DNA of 64,000 bases from Haliotis rubra. Taxonomy: Eukaryota. Both the position numbers and the translations under genes were made by a program. The DNA is taken from positions 310,001 through 374,000 of the forward strand of contig NW_025766958.1 of assembly GCF_003918875.1 (NCBI RefSeq), in the 5' to 3' direction. Positions within the stretch are counted from its first letter, which is position 1. The number at the start of each line of letters is the position of its first letter. Shown piece after piece: positions 1-14,900 of this stretch. Under the pieces are notes generated by a model that saw nothing but the letters and a program-made list of their open reading frames with translations, was not told the DNA's origin and did not search any database.

Positions 1-404
1 GAATTTTTTGGTTAAGATATACAACATTTAAATGCATTTATGTAAGGTGGTTGTGCAGAGCAATAAAATCAAGTTGCGTTGTTAAACAATAGTATTGAAA
101 CATCTTATTTTTCATAATATTCCTTTGGCTAATGAAGAAACACTACAATTCAACTTTCCTGACAAAAATGTACTTCAACTAATATTGAAGTGCAGTTATG
201 TCAATATAATATGTTATTTTAATTCAGCCATGTTCAAAATTAAGTATGAATCTTTTCTTCAATTACACAAATTGTCAATAACAATTTATGATGATAAATC
301 ATTACCAGGTTTCTGAAAAGACATGGACAACATTCACTTCCCACTTAACGATGATCAAAGCAGTGAATTTTTTTATACATTTTCCTGAGTTAAGAGGCCC
401 AAGG

Positions 405-1015
405 CAATGGGTCAAACACATGACTGTGTCAGGAATCAGATTAACCCAATGTTGTATTGCCTGAACCTGGAAACCAAGCATCCAGTCAAACATATGACAG
501 TGTGCTTGTAGTGTTTAGATTCTGCAAACACTGTACAGTCTGAAGTTAGAGACACAGTCACTGGTTTAAAGACATGACAGTGTGCCTGTATTGTTTAGAT
601 ATTACTTATATCATACCACCTGAAGTTATAGGGCCAAGTATGAGCTAAAACATGAGAGTTTGTCGTTATTGTTTAATTTATCCAAATACAATACAGCCTG
701 AAGGTACAGCCCTGATCATTGGGTCATACATGTGACAGTGTTAGGTATTGTTCACATTTTCCCAATATCTTACGGTTTGAAGTTGGAGGGTCAGGTATTG
801 GTCATGACAGTGTCAAGTATTGTTAAGATTTTCCCAACATCTTACGGTCTGAATTTTGAGGGTCAAGTATTGGTCATGACATTGTCAAGTATTGTAAAGA
901 TTTCCCAGATACACTACAATCTGAAGATAAGGTTCAAAGCCATGGGTGTTGAGAATTACTAAGATTTTCCCAATATTGTATGGCTGAAATTAGAGACCAA
1001 CACTTTGGGTCGAAA
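405..1015. repeat. Degenerate tandem repeat, about 70-80 bp unit
   Basis: Recurring catgacagtgt...attgtt.agatt...ctgaagttag. Confidence 0.7.
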
Positions 1016-2455
1016 GACCTGCATTTTGGACAGTTTTGATTCCTTGCTCCACATGTTGGTCTATCTGACAAATCTGGCTACCCCACCTGGGTCAGTAAGG
1101 AGTGGTGAGAGAGGCTGACAGGTGGAGTGTTTGTCTGACCTGCCTCCAGCAAGGTAGCTGTCCATCAAGAGATCTTTGTACAGACCAGTAGAGGCTGTGG
1201 TCATTAAACTCAGTGGGCACTTATATCAGCCCCTGGAGAATTTGGTGGACCAGCTTGGTTGGATACCATTTCTTGTAATCCTAGTCAGAACTTTAGTAAA
1301 GCTGTAGTCTATTACTCCCTGAACCTCATTACATGTATTTGCCTTTCTGCCTAGCCCTATCTGCAATGGCAAAGCCCAGGTTCTGAATCTACCATCTCAC
1401 TGGGTCTCCTTTTCAAAAAATCTTTTTAAATTTTGTTTTAACTTGAAGCCTTTAAGGACAAATATATCCATCCAAATAAATGCAGTGTTTGTCTTTGACT
1501 ACGGTCACATCCATGGTCCTTGTCATAGGTCTCACGGTAAAGACATGTTGAGAGACAGACATAGTAAGGGCCACACCATGATACCTTGAGGCCCAAGACA
1601 GGGATATTGTTGCTGTCATTGTGTCAGAAGGATGTGTTGGTTGTAGTTAGTGTTGGTATCCATCAGCATTGTAAGCCTGATACAGACACATATCTCACCC
1701 AGGCCCTCAGTCTTGGGTTACCATTGCTATGGTGCATCTAGATTCTGTGTCACTTTGACTCACCAGCTCCACACAGCACCGTCTGTGATTATTGGCCTTA
1801 GCTATCTGCATACTTGGCAGTATGTCATGGTTATGGTTCTAGATCCATTATGTTATTGACACCACATATGGACATCTAAAGTTGTTGTTTTGCATTACAC
1901 TTACAGAAAAGCATATGGCATGAAACTAGTAGTGGCACACAACTTAGTTCAGCTGCTTAGTGGGTTTTGGTTCCCTGTGTGGTTTGTTTCATTATCATGT
2001 TTATGGGAGAACAATGTGTGAAAACTGTTTGTACTTCATATTGTCTTTACATGATGAAAGATATCAGTGCCAGCACACCATAGTATCTAGGTCAGATCAT
2101 ACATATCTGGGAAATGAGATAACACAGCAAATATCCAGTCCATGACAAACCAAGAAAACTTGAGTAAAAGGGCCTAGCCTAACTCAAAGTATATTCGTGG
2201 TACACCATAGACCCAGGTTGGATTCCCCAGCTGAAATATCTCTGGCTCTTTGTGGCTAAAACCATTTGATTTGAAAACCAAACTTTAATAGCGACATACC
2301 TTTCAGTCTTGTAAGCTTGTAGGTCATGACTAAAATATTATTAAAAAGATGCTAATGTTCAAGCAAGTAGATAGAAGTTGTTGGCAAACACTATGATACA
2401 GAGTGAATATTGCTAAGACTCTTTTCAGGAACTCATCTAAACCTTGATCAATGTG

Positions 2456-2610
2456 GGCGTCACGCCGAAGGCCCGGGTTCGATTCCCCACATGGGTACAA
2501 TGTGTGAAGCCCATTTCTGGTGTCCCCGACCGTGATATTGCTGGAATAGTGCTAAATGCGGCGTAAAACCGTACTCACTCACTCAATCAATCAATCAATT
2601 GCACTCACTC
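2456..2610 (+). mobile_element. SINE family A, 5'-truncated
   Basis: B box ggttcgattccc, conserved body, (ACTC)n tail. Confidence 0.85.
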
Positions 2611-3361
2611 ATGCACTTCTTCACTGGTTCACAAACTCACACCAGGCTAAGTGAGCTATGATCTAATCACTGTGTGTTTGTGTTGAGGGTGTCAGTGTCA
2701 CAGTCATCAACCCTCACAGCCTCACAACCTCAACACAGCATCACACCCACTGAAGCAGGTTCATCTTGTCCCAGTATAAATGTTACCTTAGTCCACATCA
2801 ATTGAAGGGGCGAGAGAGCATGTGGCAGATACTTCAAATCTCTTTTGTAATGATGATAATATTTGTCATTCATGCTTGCAAAGACCAACACTTCAAATTG
2901 ATTGTTGACTGTACACCTTCATGCTTGAGGACCTCACATTTATGTGCACTTGAGAACACATTTTTTTATTTTTGTTGTTGTTAAAATCGAGTCTCATGAA
3001 CATTGAGAAAAATGATTTTCCTCAGGGTGTAGTATAGCTTTGCAATACATTCTCAAATTTATCTTTCTGTCCAAATCATCACTCTGCTGGTTGTTTTGAA
3101 CAGATTTTTTTTGTTAAAGTCACATCTCAAACATTTAGAAAAATGTGTTTCCTCAGGGTATTTCATAGCTTGGCAATAAACAAAGTTGTCTTTCTGCCCA
3201 AATCATTATCGTCACTCTGCTGATTTGCTCCAACTTAATATTGAGAGATGTAGAGCCATTATTTAGTTAATAATTAGTGTTACTCATCACAAATATGATT
3301 TTGATTCATATGTGTTAATATTTGATAAATTTCCCTCTATAGTAGTTCTGTCCTTCTGCTG

Positions 3362-3502
3362 TTGGGTAGCCTAGTGGTTAAAGTGTCTGCTCATCACGTC
3401 AAAGATGTGGGTTCAATTCCCCACATGGGTACAATATGTGAAGCCCATTTCTGGTGTCCTCCGCCATGATTTTGCTAAAAGCGACGTAAAACCATACTCA
3501 CT
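3362..3502 (+). mobile_element. SINE family A
   Basis: A box gtagcctagtggtta, B box, body, tail. Confidence 0.85.
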
Positions 3503-4640
3503 CTGTCTTTAGGGTTGAATCCCCTTCCTGGCACTATCAAGTGTATTAAAAACAGACAGGAAAAGTCCAATAACACATGTGATAAATTGTGTTTGTAATG
3601 ATACACACTAAAATAATGATTTATTTACGGACCCATAGCTCCACAGCTTTCAAAGACCATAATGTTCCATGTATTATGGAAAGAGTTCAATTTTTGTAGT
3701 CGGAATATTACCTGTTGCCAGGATGTGAGTCACCAAGATTAATCTGTTTTCTTATCGCTCTTGGAATATATCCTTAACACTGGCTGCCAGCAACACTGAG
3801 GCTCAACATTGCCAATCACATAACTATTTCATAATATTCTCCTTGATGCCTTCAACTTTTGAAGGAGTGAAGAGATAAAATTAATGAACAGGCCAATCCT
3901 TAACTTGAGTCAGAGTCTCCCAGTGTCTCTGTCCTGAAATCTGTTCCATGTTTTTTAAAGACACAATTTGCCAATCCCTCAAGTTTCTCAACCATCTGCT
4001 CCACATCATGGTGTAAAGTTTATTACTTTCTCAGTAGCTAAGTTCAAGTGTTTAGGATATGCGAATTACATAATTCCTTCAAATACACTTCTCTATTACA
4101 TCATAACTGTTATTTCTGTCTAATTGATGTCCTCACACTATAAAATCTTACAATTTTCCACAGACATTCCTCCTTACTGTCAGCTGTCAATCAATCAATC
4201 CAAACGTTAGTTATATTCCACCCAAAACATGCTCGGAGTTTGCACAAGGAGGGAAATTCATCCCATCTAATATGTGCTAAAGTTTACAAAGATTTACAAA
4301 AATTAGTAGACCTTGATCTTCATGGATACAACGGCCTGTCCTGACATGTCTAATGTGATCTATTACTGGAGTCAGTGTTGTTTGATGATACAGTCATCAA
4401 TACTTGATGTATCACTTGTAACAAATATAAGTCTGGACCAGGCATACCAGTATTGATGGCAAGAGCATCGACCAATTGTCTCAACACACAATGACACACC
4501 GCCATTACAAGCTCATACTGTAACACCAAATTATACGACAGTCCTCACCATGTTAATATAGTGAAAATTTGTTTTTATATCATAGAAATGAATTACTAAA
4601 TTTCAAAGTGTAAATCAGCTGCAGTGATTCTGAACCAGAA

Positions 4641-4814
4641 GGGAGCAGTGGAATAGCCTAGTGGCTAAAGTGTTTGCTTGTCACGCCGAAGATCCGGATT
4701 CGATTCCCTAAATGGATAAATTGTGTGAAGCCCATTTCTGGTGTCCCCTGCCATGTTATTGCTGGATTATTGCTAAAAGTGGCGTAAAATCACACTCACT
4801 CAATCACTCACTCA
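4641..4814 (+). mobile_element. SINE family A
   Basis: Full length; TSD ctgaaccagaa. Confidence 0.9.
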
Positions 4815-5582
4815 CTGAACCAGAAAGTGTTGAAAATCTAGACTTTTGTTATTTGGGGTTAAGCACAATAGTAAACGTTGGCCAGAAAGGAAAATAATAC
4901 AGCCAAGGACCGAGACAGATTAAGGTCCTACTCTTCACCATAATCTCCATGTGATTTTGCTTAAATATTGATAGTGGTATAAATCCATCCAGTATTAAAT
5001 CCTGAATTCCTTAATGCTATTCAAGGTTATTGTTGACATACATATGTTCAGAATCCTTGCCCATCAGCAAATCAACAATGAAACAAGAATATTTGGTAAT
5101 ACATGTGGGTTGCCTTCTTTCTGTCAAGTCCAATACAGTTACAACTTCAGACCAGTTACCATGAAAGCATGCATGGTGGAGGGTTTGAAGGCTACACTTA
5201 TATACATTTAACACTGGGAAGTCAAGAATCTGTGTTATTCAACCTTCTAAATATACCATTTGGTCCCAGTGCCAAGAAAGCGTTGTAGCGGAGCTGAGAA
5301 ACTGTATTCCTGCTCATTAACTGTGGCATGGTTTCTCCTTCTATCTGAGTCTGTGTGTGGTTTGTTCAAGTCGGAATTAATTGGAAGTGGTAATTGTTTC
5401 GGTTGATTTTTTTCAAGATTTAAATTTCTGTAGTTGATATCGTGCAGGTGCCCCTGTCAGGAGTTGAGGTGATTCAGCAATTAGGCTTGCAATAAATCAT
5501 ACACCCGCTGGAGTTGCGTCTGCACTAAAGGTTTACTCTTTATGAAATTCACCAAGCGTATTGCCCTGGTCACAACATCATC

Positions 5583-5790
5583 GGGTTGTGGGGTAGCCTA
5601 GTGGTTAAAGCGTTTGCTCTTCACCTCGAAGACCGGGTTCGATTCCCCCTCCCCATGGGTGTCCCCCTCCGTGATATTGCTGGAATATTGCTAAAAGTGG
5701 CATAAAACTATGGGTTTGATTCCCATTTTGGACATAATGTGTGAAGGCCATTTCTGGTGTCTCCTACTATTACATTGCTGGAATACTGAG
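5583..5790 (+). mobile_element. SINE family A, internally deleted copy followed by a second partial copy
   Basis: A/B boxes, then a repeat of the body from 5711. Confidence 0.8.
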
Positions 5791-6684
5791 ACCAAAAAAC
5801 AAGCTCACTTTGCACAAAACCCAACTCAGTCACTTAGTAGATTTTCTTTATCTTTATATGTGGACAATTGTTACATGAGGTTACCTGGCCAAACAGAAAA
5901 ATATTTGGCTCAGTCCTTCAGGCCAGGTTAAACTAAATGGACCATCAACTTCAGAATTACAGAAATCATTCTGCCAAGCAAGAAATGAAACATTTGAGCA
6001 ATCGTTCAGTTATGCCTACGTCAAACATCTCACAGTTTACTAAGTCCAAACATGTGATATCCTTCTTAGACAAAAGAAAAAACCACTTTAACACAAATAT
6101 GTTTACATTACTCATTTCTCATGTGGTTTAAAGATGTTTATCAAGCAACACCAAGTTTTTGATCTCAAAAAATAATTTATGAGTATAATTTTTTCAAGCA
6201 CCTGTTATGCATGATTACTGAAAGGATGTTACAGCTATGCTTTTTGCTGCTAATGTTGAACCATGCAGGGAAGTTGAAACATACCTTGAACGTCGTCAGG
6301 TACAGGTAACCATTTCACCAGGTGTGAGTGATCAGTACACATGTTTCTGTCTACAGGTAGATCCATCAATTTGGGTCATATGTATCCATAGCTATGTCCT
6401 TACCTTTCTTTGTCTGGCCCTAAATCAGCATTGTTAAGGAAATAGTGCATGGTTTGGTGTGAGGAGGAGGTTGCTGAATAATATACTGTCAGTCTGAGTG
6501 ATATATATATGATTTGAATGACTGTGTGTCAACGTGCCCAGATGGTTTGGATTTGTGCTCATACTATCAACCACTGGTCTGCTTGGTTCAGATTAATTTA
6601 TTAACAGGCATCTGTGATAATCACAATGCTGGAATATTACTGACTAAAACATGAAACAGGATCACTCACCTTTACTTAAAAATA

Positions 6685-6900
6685 ATGATAATGGACATTT
6701 ATGAAGTGCCTGTATCCAGACATGTGTGCATGTTAAAGACACTAAGACAATATTACCCAGGTTAACCCAAGCTGCCTGTGAGACACTAGAAGGTTAACAG
6801 TCATATGACTTATCCCACTGGGTACCCATTCACTGTTGGTTGAACAGAGGTAATTTTGACCAAGTGCCTAAGGTGAGACCACATGTGCCACATGTCCTTC
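6685..6900 (-). mobile_element. Old SINE remnant
   Basis: Minus strand cctctgttcaaccaacagtgaatgggtacc block and a cattatcattatt tail. Confidence 0.45.
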
Positions 6901-7644
6901 ATTGTGGGCCCGACTGAAATCCAAGAAACTCTCAGGAGTCAAGCTACCAACATGCTCACTCACCCATGGACTCTCCGTGACTTACTGATTTGTGACTTGG
7001 GCTCTATGTCACACCACCACTTGCTGTAAATGTTGTCACAAGAAAAAAAATTAAAAACAAGAATATTGTTCGTAACCCAATGTATATATTTACATTATAA
7101 TGTTATTCACATAGAGTAGTTCCTGTCATCCTATTGGTTCCACAACATTGACAGTTTGTAGTAAACTAGCTAGTGGGTGGCTGTGTCAGCCAACTTCCAG
7201 TGTGGTGACAGAAGGCCTGTCAGCTGGACAAATATTGTTCCATTTCATGAATGTGCACTTGCTTTGATAGTTATTAGCATTCGACATTAGCATTTCATTA
7301 ATGCTTTTTCTGGTGGAGATTTCCAGATTGACTGGCAACTGTTAACTGTCTGGGCATTTTGATGAACAGCCATACTAATGTATAAATGGTTAACAAATAA
7401 AATAATGATTTGCTCTTTGTTTATTCAGTGTAGCAGGGTAGCTTCATGGAAAAAGCAGTGTTCAAATATGCTAAAACCTGAGTCTGATTGCATGGTTGGG
7501 TTTATGTGAAGCAAAGTCTTTGATAGGGTTGGAACTTGGAAATATGGCATTACCGGTAGGTCGTGTTCTGTAAGAAAAATAAAATGGTGTAATGTTATAA
7601 TAAGTCAACATTTACAACAGTTACCTTGACTGAATTTACTTTAT

Positions 7645-7809
7645 GGGGGTAATGGGGTAGCCTAATGGTTAAGGCGTCCATGCCTCACATTCAAGGCCTG
7701 GGTTCGATTCCCCACATGGGTACAATGTGTGAAGCCATTTCTGGTGTCCCCCGCCATGATATTGCTGGAATGATGCTAAAAGCGGCATAACACCATACCC
7801 ACTCACTCA
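7645..7809 (+). mobile_element. SINE family A
   Basis: A/B boxes, body, ACTC tail. Confidence 0.88.
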
Positions 7810-8250
7810 GTTATGTTATGTTACTCATGGTTAATGACCTTGTTTAGTAATCACATGGTGTATATAGGATGACATAGCATAATACAAAGGGCATATTTCA
7901 AAATGGAATTGTTTCAACATGTCAGACAATTCCCATGACAACTAGACTCCTACTTACTGACAAATGGATGCATGCTGGTTGAGGAAGTTGTCATAGATAT
8001 GGTATAATTAAGCATGAAATGTGTGTAGAACAATGCCCTCTGCCTGAGATATGGTGGGTGAATACATTATGTATCTGATTTATTCTAATGTTGTGAGTCT
8101 GATATCTGACAGCATTTGGAGATGACCTAGTGACTTTCACCTTACTGTTTGTAGAAGGTCTAACTAACTATGAGGAAAGAATGATGTATACATTTATTTA
8201 CTAGAACAGAAATTACCTCCATTTCTGAGTTTCTTATCGCTGGGGATTGT

Positions 8251-9005
8251 AGCTAGAGATGCCCATGAGCCACATGGTTGCACTAGAGGCTAGAGATGCC
8301 CCTGAGACACAAGGTTGCACTAGAGGCTAGAGATGCCCCTGTGACACAAGGTTGCACTAGAGGCTAGAGATGTCCCTGAGCCACAGGGTTGCTATAGATG
8401 CTAGATATGCCCCTGAGTCATATGCTCCTCTGACACAGGGTTGCACTGGAGAGGCTAGAGATGCCCATGAGCCACAAGGTTGCACTAGAGACTAGATATG
8501 CCCCTGAGACACAGGGTTGCACTAGAGGCTAGAGATGCCCCTGTGACACCGGGTTGCACTGGAGAGGGTGGAGAGGTCCCTGAGACACAGGGTTGCACTG
8601 GGGAGGGTAGAGAGATCCCTGAGACACAGGGTTGCTCTGAGGAGGGTAGAAAGGTCTCTGAGGGTTGCACTGGGGAGGGTAGAGAGGTCCCTGAGAATAG
8701 GGTTGCACTGAGGAGGGTATGAAGGCCTCGGATACACAGGGTTGCACTGGGGAGGGTAGAGAGGTCTCTGATACACAGGGTTGCACTGGGGAGGGTAGAG
8801 AGGTCCCTGAGACACAGGGTTGCATTGAGGAAGGGATAGAAGTCTGAGACACAAGGTTGCACTGGGGAGGGTAGAAAGGTCTGAGACAGGGTTGCACTAA
8901 GGAGGGGAGAGAGGTTTCTGTGACACAGGGTTGCACTGAGGAGGGGAGAGAGGTCTCTGAAACTCAGGGTTGCACTGGGTTTTATAGAGAGAGAGGTTCC
9001 TTGAG
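8251..9005. repeat. GC-rich minisatellite, about 35-39 bp unit
   Basis: Recurring cctgagacacagggttgcact core, roughly 20 units. Confidence 0.92.
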
Positions 9006-9956
9006 ACTGGCTGGACAGGTGGTGTCCATCTCTTGTTGATGTGAGTAGCCCCTATCTGCCACCTGCAGGATTGATTCCACATGTGTGCACCAATCTGACA
9101 AATGTGCCACACCTTCTTACATCAGAACCACAAACCTGTCTCATTGTCCAAGCTGAAACAAGGCTCTCCCAGGGGAATTCCTGGGTCCACAGCTCCCATG
9201 CTTTTTTTCAAGTGCTTGCAATATGACAGGATGTTTTGGTGGGACCTGGGCTTGTTCCATCTTCATGCTACTTTAGTCTGTGTTCAAGTGTGGGACTTCC
9301 AACGGTTTGCCTTCCCATAGTAACCAGTACGCCACACTAACATCAAGTATCACAGAATTGACACCTAGCTTCACTCACTCACTATCTCTAAACAGGCTAT
9401 ATATAGCTAATATTTGTTATTTAATAGATTGTACCGCCAGCTGTGGGGGTTGGAGTTATCTCCCTTGATGAGTTGTGACAGCACCTCCGTGCTGGAGGTT
9501 GATGCTTCCCAGTCTGACTTGGTTCAGTATGTTTTATAAATACGCCAATCTGTAAAACAGGAGCCAGATAGACCCACATAAATCTGATGACAGATGTAGA
9601 TATGCATGCAGGAGAAGCTGTTTCTGGCTGTAATAGGCAGACTGACTGGTAGATTCCCAGACAAGATATTTCTGTGACTACAACTGAACGAGGAAGAGTT
9701 AATCAATAGCTTGTGACACTATCACGTTTGATTCCCTATATGTGGTCATTGTGTATTGACCATAACAGAAAACAGTGTCAATAATGGACACAGGACGCAC
9801 AAAACATATATGGCACACTGGTTGATTTTTTTTTTTCTTGTTGTTTTTTTCAAAATGTGTATAACGAACTATGGTTATAATGAACTAAATTTAATCCTGA
9901 GTTTGTTATAACTTTAGTTTATTGTATTGGCTGCCCCCGGTTATTTCTTTACAATA

Positions 9957-10104
9957 GGGGCAGTGAAGTAACCTAGTGGTTAAAATGTTTGCTTGTCACG
10001 TTCATGGCCCAGGTTCGATTCTCCACATGGGTACAATGTGTGAAGCTCATTTCTGGTGTCACACCACTGTTATATTGCTGGAATATTGTAAAAACTCACT
10101 CACT
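9957..10104 (+). mobile_element. SINE family A
   Basis: A/B boxes, body, ACTC tail; CpG-decayed. Confidence 0.85.
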
Positions 10105-10481
10105 TTAGAATAATAATATTAATGTAAAAGCACTGAATGAACACTACTAAACATATTTTTGAAATGGCATCCTAATGAAAGAAGACTTCTCATGCTAATA
10201 AAAGTACATAACTTCAGACACAAATGCATAAAAAAATACATAACATACTTTGTACTTCAGAAATGAGTGTAACAAGACTCCCTCCCTATTAATGAGCTTG
10301 TAATTACTTTCTCATTGGTGTGTGTATATGAATGGTTCATGAAGCTATTTCAAGTATGTATAACTACTGCCAGCATTGCAGAACTGTTGCATCATTGATG
10401 AAGTGGACTTTTTAACTGCCATCATTTCTGGCCACGCTGGCAGAGCTGATGACTCACAGGTCCATGTAAGCAGGGGTTTCC

Positions 10482-10715
10482 CCACAGCCAAGTTGGCATG
10501 GATGCCCCTCAAACACAGACTTTAACGTCCTAAACATAGGGAGGTTGTACACCCATTTCCCAGCCAACATGACATGGATGCACCTCAAGAACACAGGCTT
10601 TAACATCCTAAACATAGGGAGGTTCTACACCTCCCAGCTAACATGACATGGATGCCCCTCAAGAACACAGGTGAATGTCCTAAATATAAGGATGTTGTAC
10701 AGCAATTTCCCAGCC
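10482..10715. repeat. Three-copy tandem repeat, about 75 bp
   Basis: catggatgcccctcaa..cacag...tcctaaacatagggaggttgtaca. Confidence 0.85.
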
Positions 10716-11785
10716 CAGGATTGCCTGTGTTGATGGTGAAGTAGACACCGTGTCAGAGAGTAACAGTTTAAGCAGGTGCCCCCTCTGGCTTTGTGGGCCC
10801 CACAGATAGTTCTGCACTACCTGGAATCATTATTACCAGTGATAAAATAGTGATTGGCAAGATCCTCTCTTGTTCGCTGATATCCTGAGAGCGATTTGAT
10901 TGCAAGAAGATTGATAGTGTATTAAGTTTTGGGGATATATTTCTTTTAGTGTGCACTGCAGCAACTATTGATCCTGTTAGTGCAGGTATATAAGGTTGAT
11001 GTGGAAAGTAGTTTTAAATACCAGGAATGTAACAGTAATGTTTAAACGTGCTGGATATGAATAGACGTACATTCCAAAATACATCTGGAAGTAATATGGA
11101 TAAAAACAAGATTGCTAGTACAGACTGCCATAAAAAACAGTTTTGGGAACCGATAAAGGGTTAGTAAGTGTTGCCAAGCAGGAATACAGAAATGTAATGG
11201 TACTTCTTCCACAAGGAAATTACATGCATAAAGAGTTACAGTCTATATATTTGTTCATTTAAGTAACTTGAAAAACATTGGCTAAAACAACATATATATT
11301 TTAAGGGAATTCAGAAGAAGAAAAATATTGACAGTAGATACAAAATGCTTGCTGCTTGAAGTCTGAGATAGGGTATGTAGCTATGTACCAGCTATTTGCC
11401 TTCACACACAGTCTGGAATTTTGTACCAGTTTATTCAGTGTGATATTTGAATCCTAACCCATGTCCTAACATTTTAACACTCATGGTAAAATATGTTTGA
11501 TAAATAATGAATTCATGGTTAATACCACATGCATTAAAGACTGATCTTGTAACGAATACCCATAACAAAATCATCTCTTGATAATGTTCTCTAGGCCTCT
11601 ATGAGTTGCTGTGCAGAGTTATGTCCCTTAGTTGTCCCAGAGTCCAGCCTCTCTCTGGGTTCAAGTCCTCACTATGTTTCTTGGTTTGTCAGCATTATAC
11701 CCATGCTTGTGGATTACATTATAATGGTAAAAGTCTGAGACCTGCATCACGTCAGGCTATCCTTTTACATCATACTGATAAAGCA

Positions 11786-11940
11786 GGGGCGGTGGGGTAG
11801 CCTAGTGGTTAAAGCGTTTGCTCATCATGCCGAAGACCCGGGTTTAATTCTCCAGTGAAGCCCATTTCTGGTGTCCCCCGCCATGATATTGCTGGAATAA
11901 TGCTTAAAGTGGTGTAAAACCCAACTCACTCCCTCACTCC
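11786..11940 (+). mobile_element. SINE family A (a second tail fragment follows to about 12010)
   Basis: A/B boxes, body, tail. Confidence 0.85.
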
Positions 11941-14900
11941 AGATACAGCATCTTTACAGGCTGGGTGTGGCATAAAACTAAATTCACCCACTCACTCACT
12001 CACTCACTCTTTACAGGTAACTGAAATAACTGGTCAAAAAAAGAATTCAACCAAACTCAGTTACTCACTCTCTGGCTCAATAATCTGGAAGCCCATCCAG
12101 TCTTTTTATGTCCCTCTTTGTCAAAGAGCAATAGGTTGAGTACACATGGTAAAACAGATCTATTTCAGTTTGACTCTCCTCTCAACCAAACATGACCTGT
12201 GGTTTCATTCTGTGAGAAGGTTGAGAATTACTCATAAGGCAATAAAATGTCAGTCCATAAATGTTCTGTTCCATGTGTGATATCCTGTGTCTCCAAGTAA
12301 CCATCACCACATGGACTTGGTCATCTGAAGGCCTGGGAAACAAAAGAATGTCACTGTGGAAGTAGTTGTGTGGGGAGTTTCATTGAGATGCTAACAATGG
12401 CAGCCATGTTTGTTTTCCACAAGTGGAACAGTTTGACTCTCTGCCTTTCTTGCCATAAGCATTACTTGAATTGAAACAAGCAGGACAATGAAATACTTGG
12501 GATAACTTCTTGTGCCTATTTAAGTGACATTTTCTGCAACGAGATGGAAGGCAGGAAATATCTTAATTGAATGTTAATCGCAGTCTTATGCTTCAGTGTT
12601 TTGACAAAACCAAAACAAATTTGTGATCTTTTGATGCTTTGCCCCAAACAATTATAAATCATCAATTGGAATAATGTTTGCCAGATTATGTATTTTTAGA
12701 TTTTCCAGCTTAATACAAACTTCCGCAGAAGGATAAAGCAGAATGATGAGCTTGAAATAACTCATCACACTTCAGTTTGAGTTTAATGTGATGGCAATGC
12801 ATAGTGTCTTCAGCCCCAGTCTGGAAACTGTTGCAGTACAATGTTAAGGGGGATCTGCATTAGTAATATACCTCTAAGTCTGTATTGTTAAAGTTACTTT
12901 TATTCTTAATTTTTAATACTGGTATAACTTGTGAGCGTTTTCATGTATTAATATGTTCTATGTATTATGGTAAAGATGCACTTCCAATGTTATGTAGGAT
13001 GTCTCAAATATTTCAAACATGACAACAGAATAAGAACGAAAATTAGTCTGGATGACTAAGAGGATTAGTTTGTAATTATTTATTTGTGTTCTGTTTTCTT
13101 TGTTGAACTGACCAATCAACATTAACATGATATTTCATCAAAGGAATTCCATAATCAGAGCCTGTGGCACAAGTTTCAATTAGACACAGTCGCCAGCTAA
13201 ATAATAAATAGTCTTTCTGTTACCCAACTCTACTCGGCTTCATTATACATCAATTTGTATGTTGCAGACATGTTATGAATAAGGTAGTCTGACTTTCAGC
13301 TGGTACTGTCAGGCAAGTGTGCGTAATGTAGTTCAACAATATGTCTCCCAATGTGAATAATATTGTGTTAATGATAGTGATTGCAATAAATATATTAGCA
13401 GAGACATTAAACATATACAGTTGAACACTTTCTAACGGTTGTCCCGAATAAATACCTGGTTCCTTTACATTCATTCTTTGTTCGTGAATTGTTAGGTTGT
13501 GTCAATCTTCTGATAATTCCAGAAGTGTTTTCGTAAGTCCCTAAACTTCAACTCAACAATGATTGACTAAATAATTATTTGAAGTGTTTTTCTTTTATAG
13601 TAATGGAATTTTTCTTATTACTGTCTAAAAAAGTTGTCATCTTTTTGCAGGCCTTCGTTAAATGCTTGTCCCTAAACCATAATCACTTCCGATAGAGAAG
13701 AGATGGTTTAGTTTAAAAATCCTATTTTTATTGCCACCCTCCTCAAAGTTTGTTTCATTTTACATGACTCTCCCCTAAGCCCAATCATGTTTATGAGACC
13801 ATCTCCAGATTTCCTCTAACTGTTTTCACATTCAAGTTTTTTTTTCCATTCGTCATGCATTCGTCATGCCAGACTTTATTTGAAGCTAAATGTACACTGA
13901 GTTCTGAAGAGGTGGGGAAATCAAAAGTTTCATAGATCTAGGAATTTCAGCACCTATTTGTGGGTGAACATGATGAGTGTCATTTGTTGAGGTTGTAGAG
14001 GTACTTGAAGATGGATGAACTTGAGATAATATTGTCATGAGGACCTTGTGGAGGGTTGCAGGCATGTGTCCAAGATGTGACGGGGCTAAACCAGTTCTCT
14101 AGACTAGAGTCTTCAAGTGAGACTGTAGCAGGTGGTACTGGCATATGCTAGGTAACTACCTTGACAGATACCTTAGAGACTGGGTTTCCGACTGTCGTGC
14201 CATTTGAAGTCCTGTGTTCATAGTTACTGCCTGTGTATGATATAATTATATGGGCAACTGAAGAGGGGCTTTGTGTGAAAAACCCAGACGATATTTTTGT
14301 TGTTTTATTGAGATGCATATGTCAAAAGGTATGTGGTACCGGTAGGTTTTTATTGGGACGTTTGAATTAAAAATATGGCAGAATTTCTAAAGAACGTCAA
14401 CACCTGTACTTACTTGATCAAATGACCCACGTCTGTGTATTAAATCTTTATCAATGGGTATTTGTAAATCATCCTATTTTTGAAAACTTGAGTGAAGTGA
14501 ATCTGTTCTTGACACATAAATCAATGAATTATTGCCTTCCCCTGTCACTGGAGTCATTGACTCAGGAAATACAGGCAGCAGAGCGAATTGATAAAGAGTG
14601 GAAACATGTTTACACAATGGATACTTGTAATCTGTGAAGCTGACATCAAATAAGACTGATTGATGTAGTTTCTATGAATCATTTCCTGTGTTAACAAGTC
14701 ATGGCTGAAATCTGTCCCAAATCAAGTTGATCACATTCCATGTAGAGTTATCTCCCTTTGGATCAGTGCCCTAACTGTCATTTCTGTTCCTTGTTAACAC
14801 AAAGAAATTCGACCATTCCAGTATTTACATACTTTTCACTGACATATGATAACAGAAGCTGTCATCACTACCGAGTGAACTGGGCCTGTTTTGATGACTG

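Noticed and set aside
8485-8936. Pro/Cys-rich ORFs on both strands
   Set aside because: Translations of a minisatellite; no splice or homology support.
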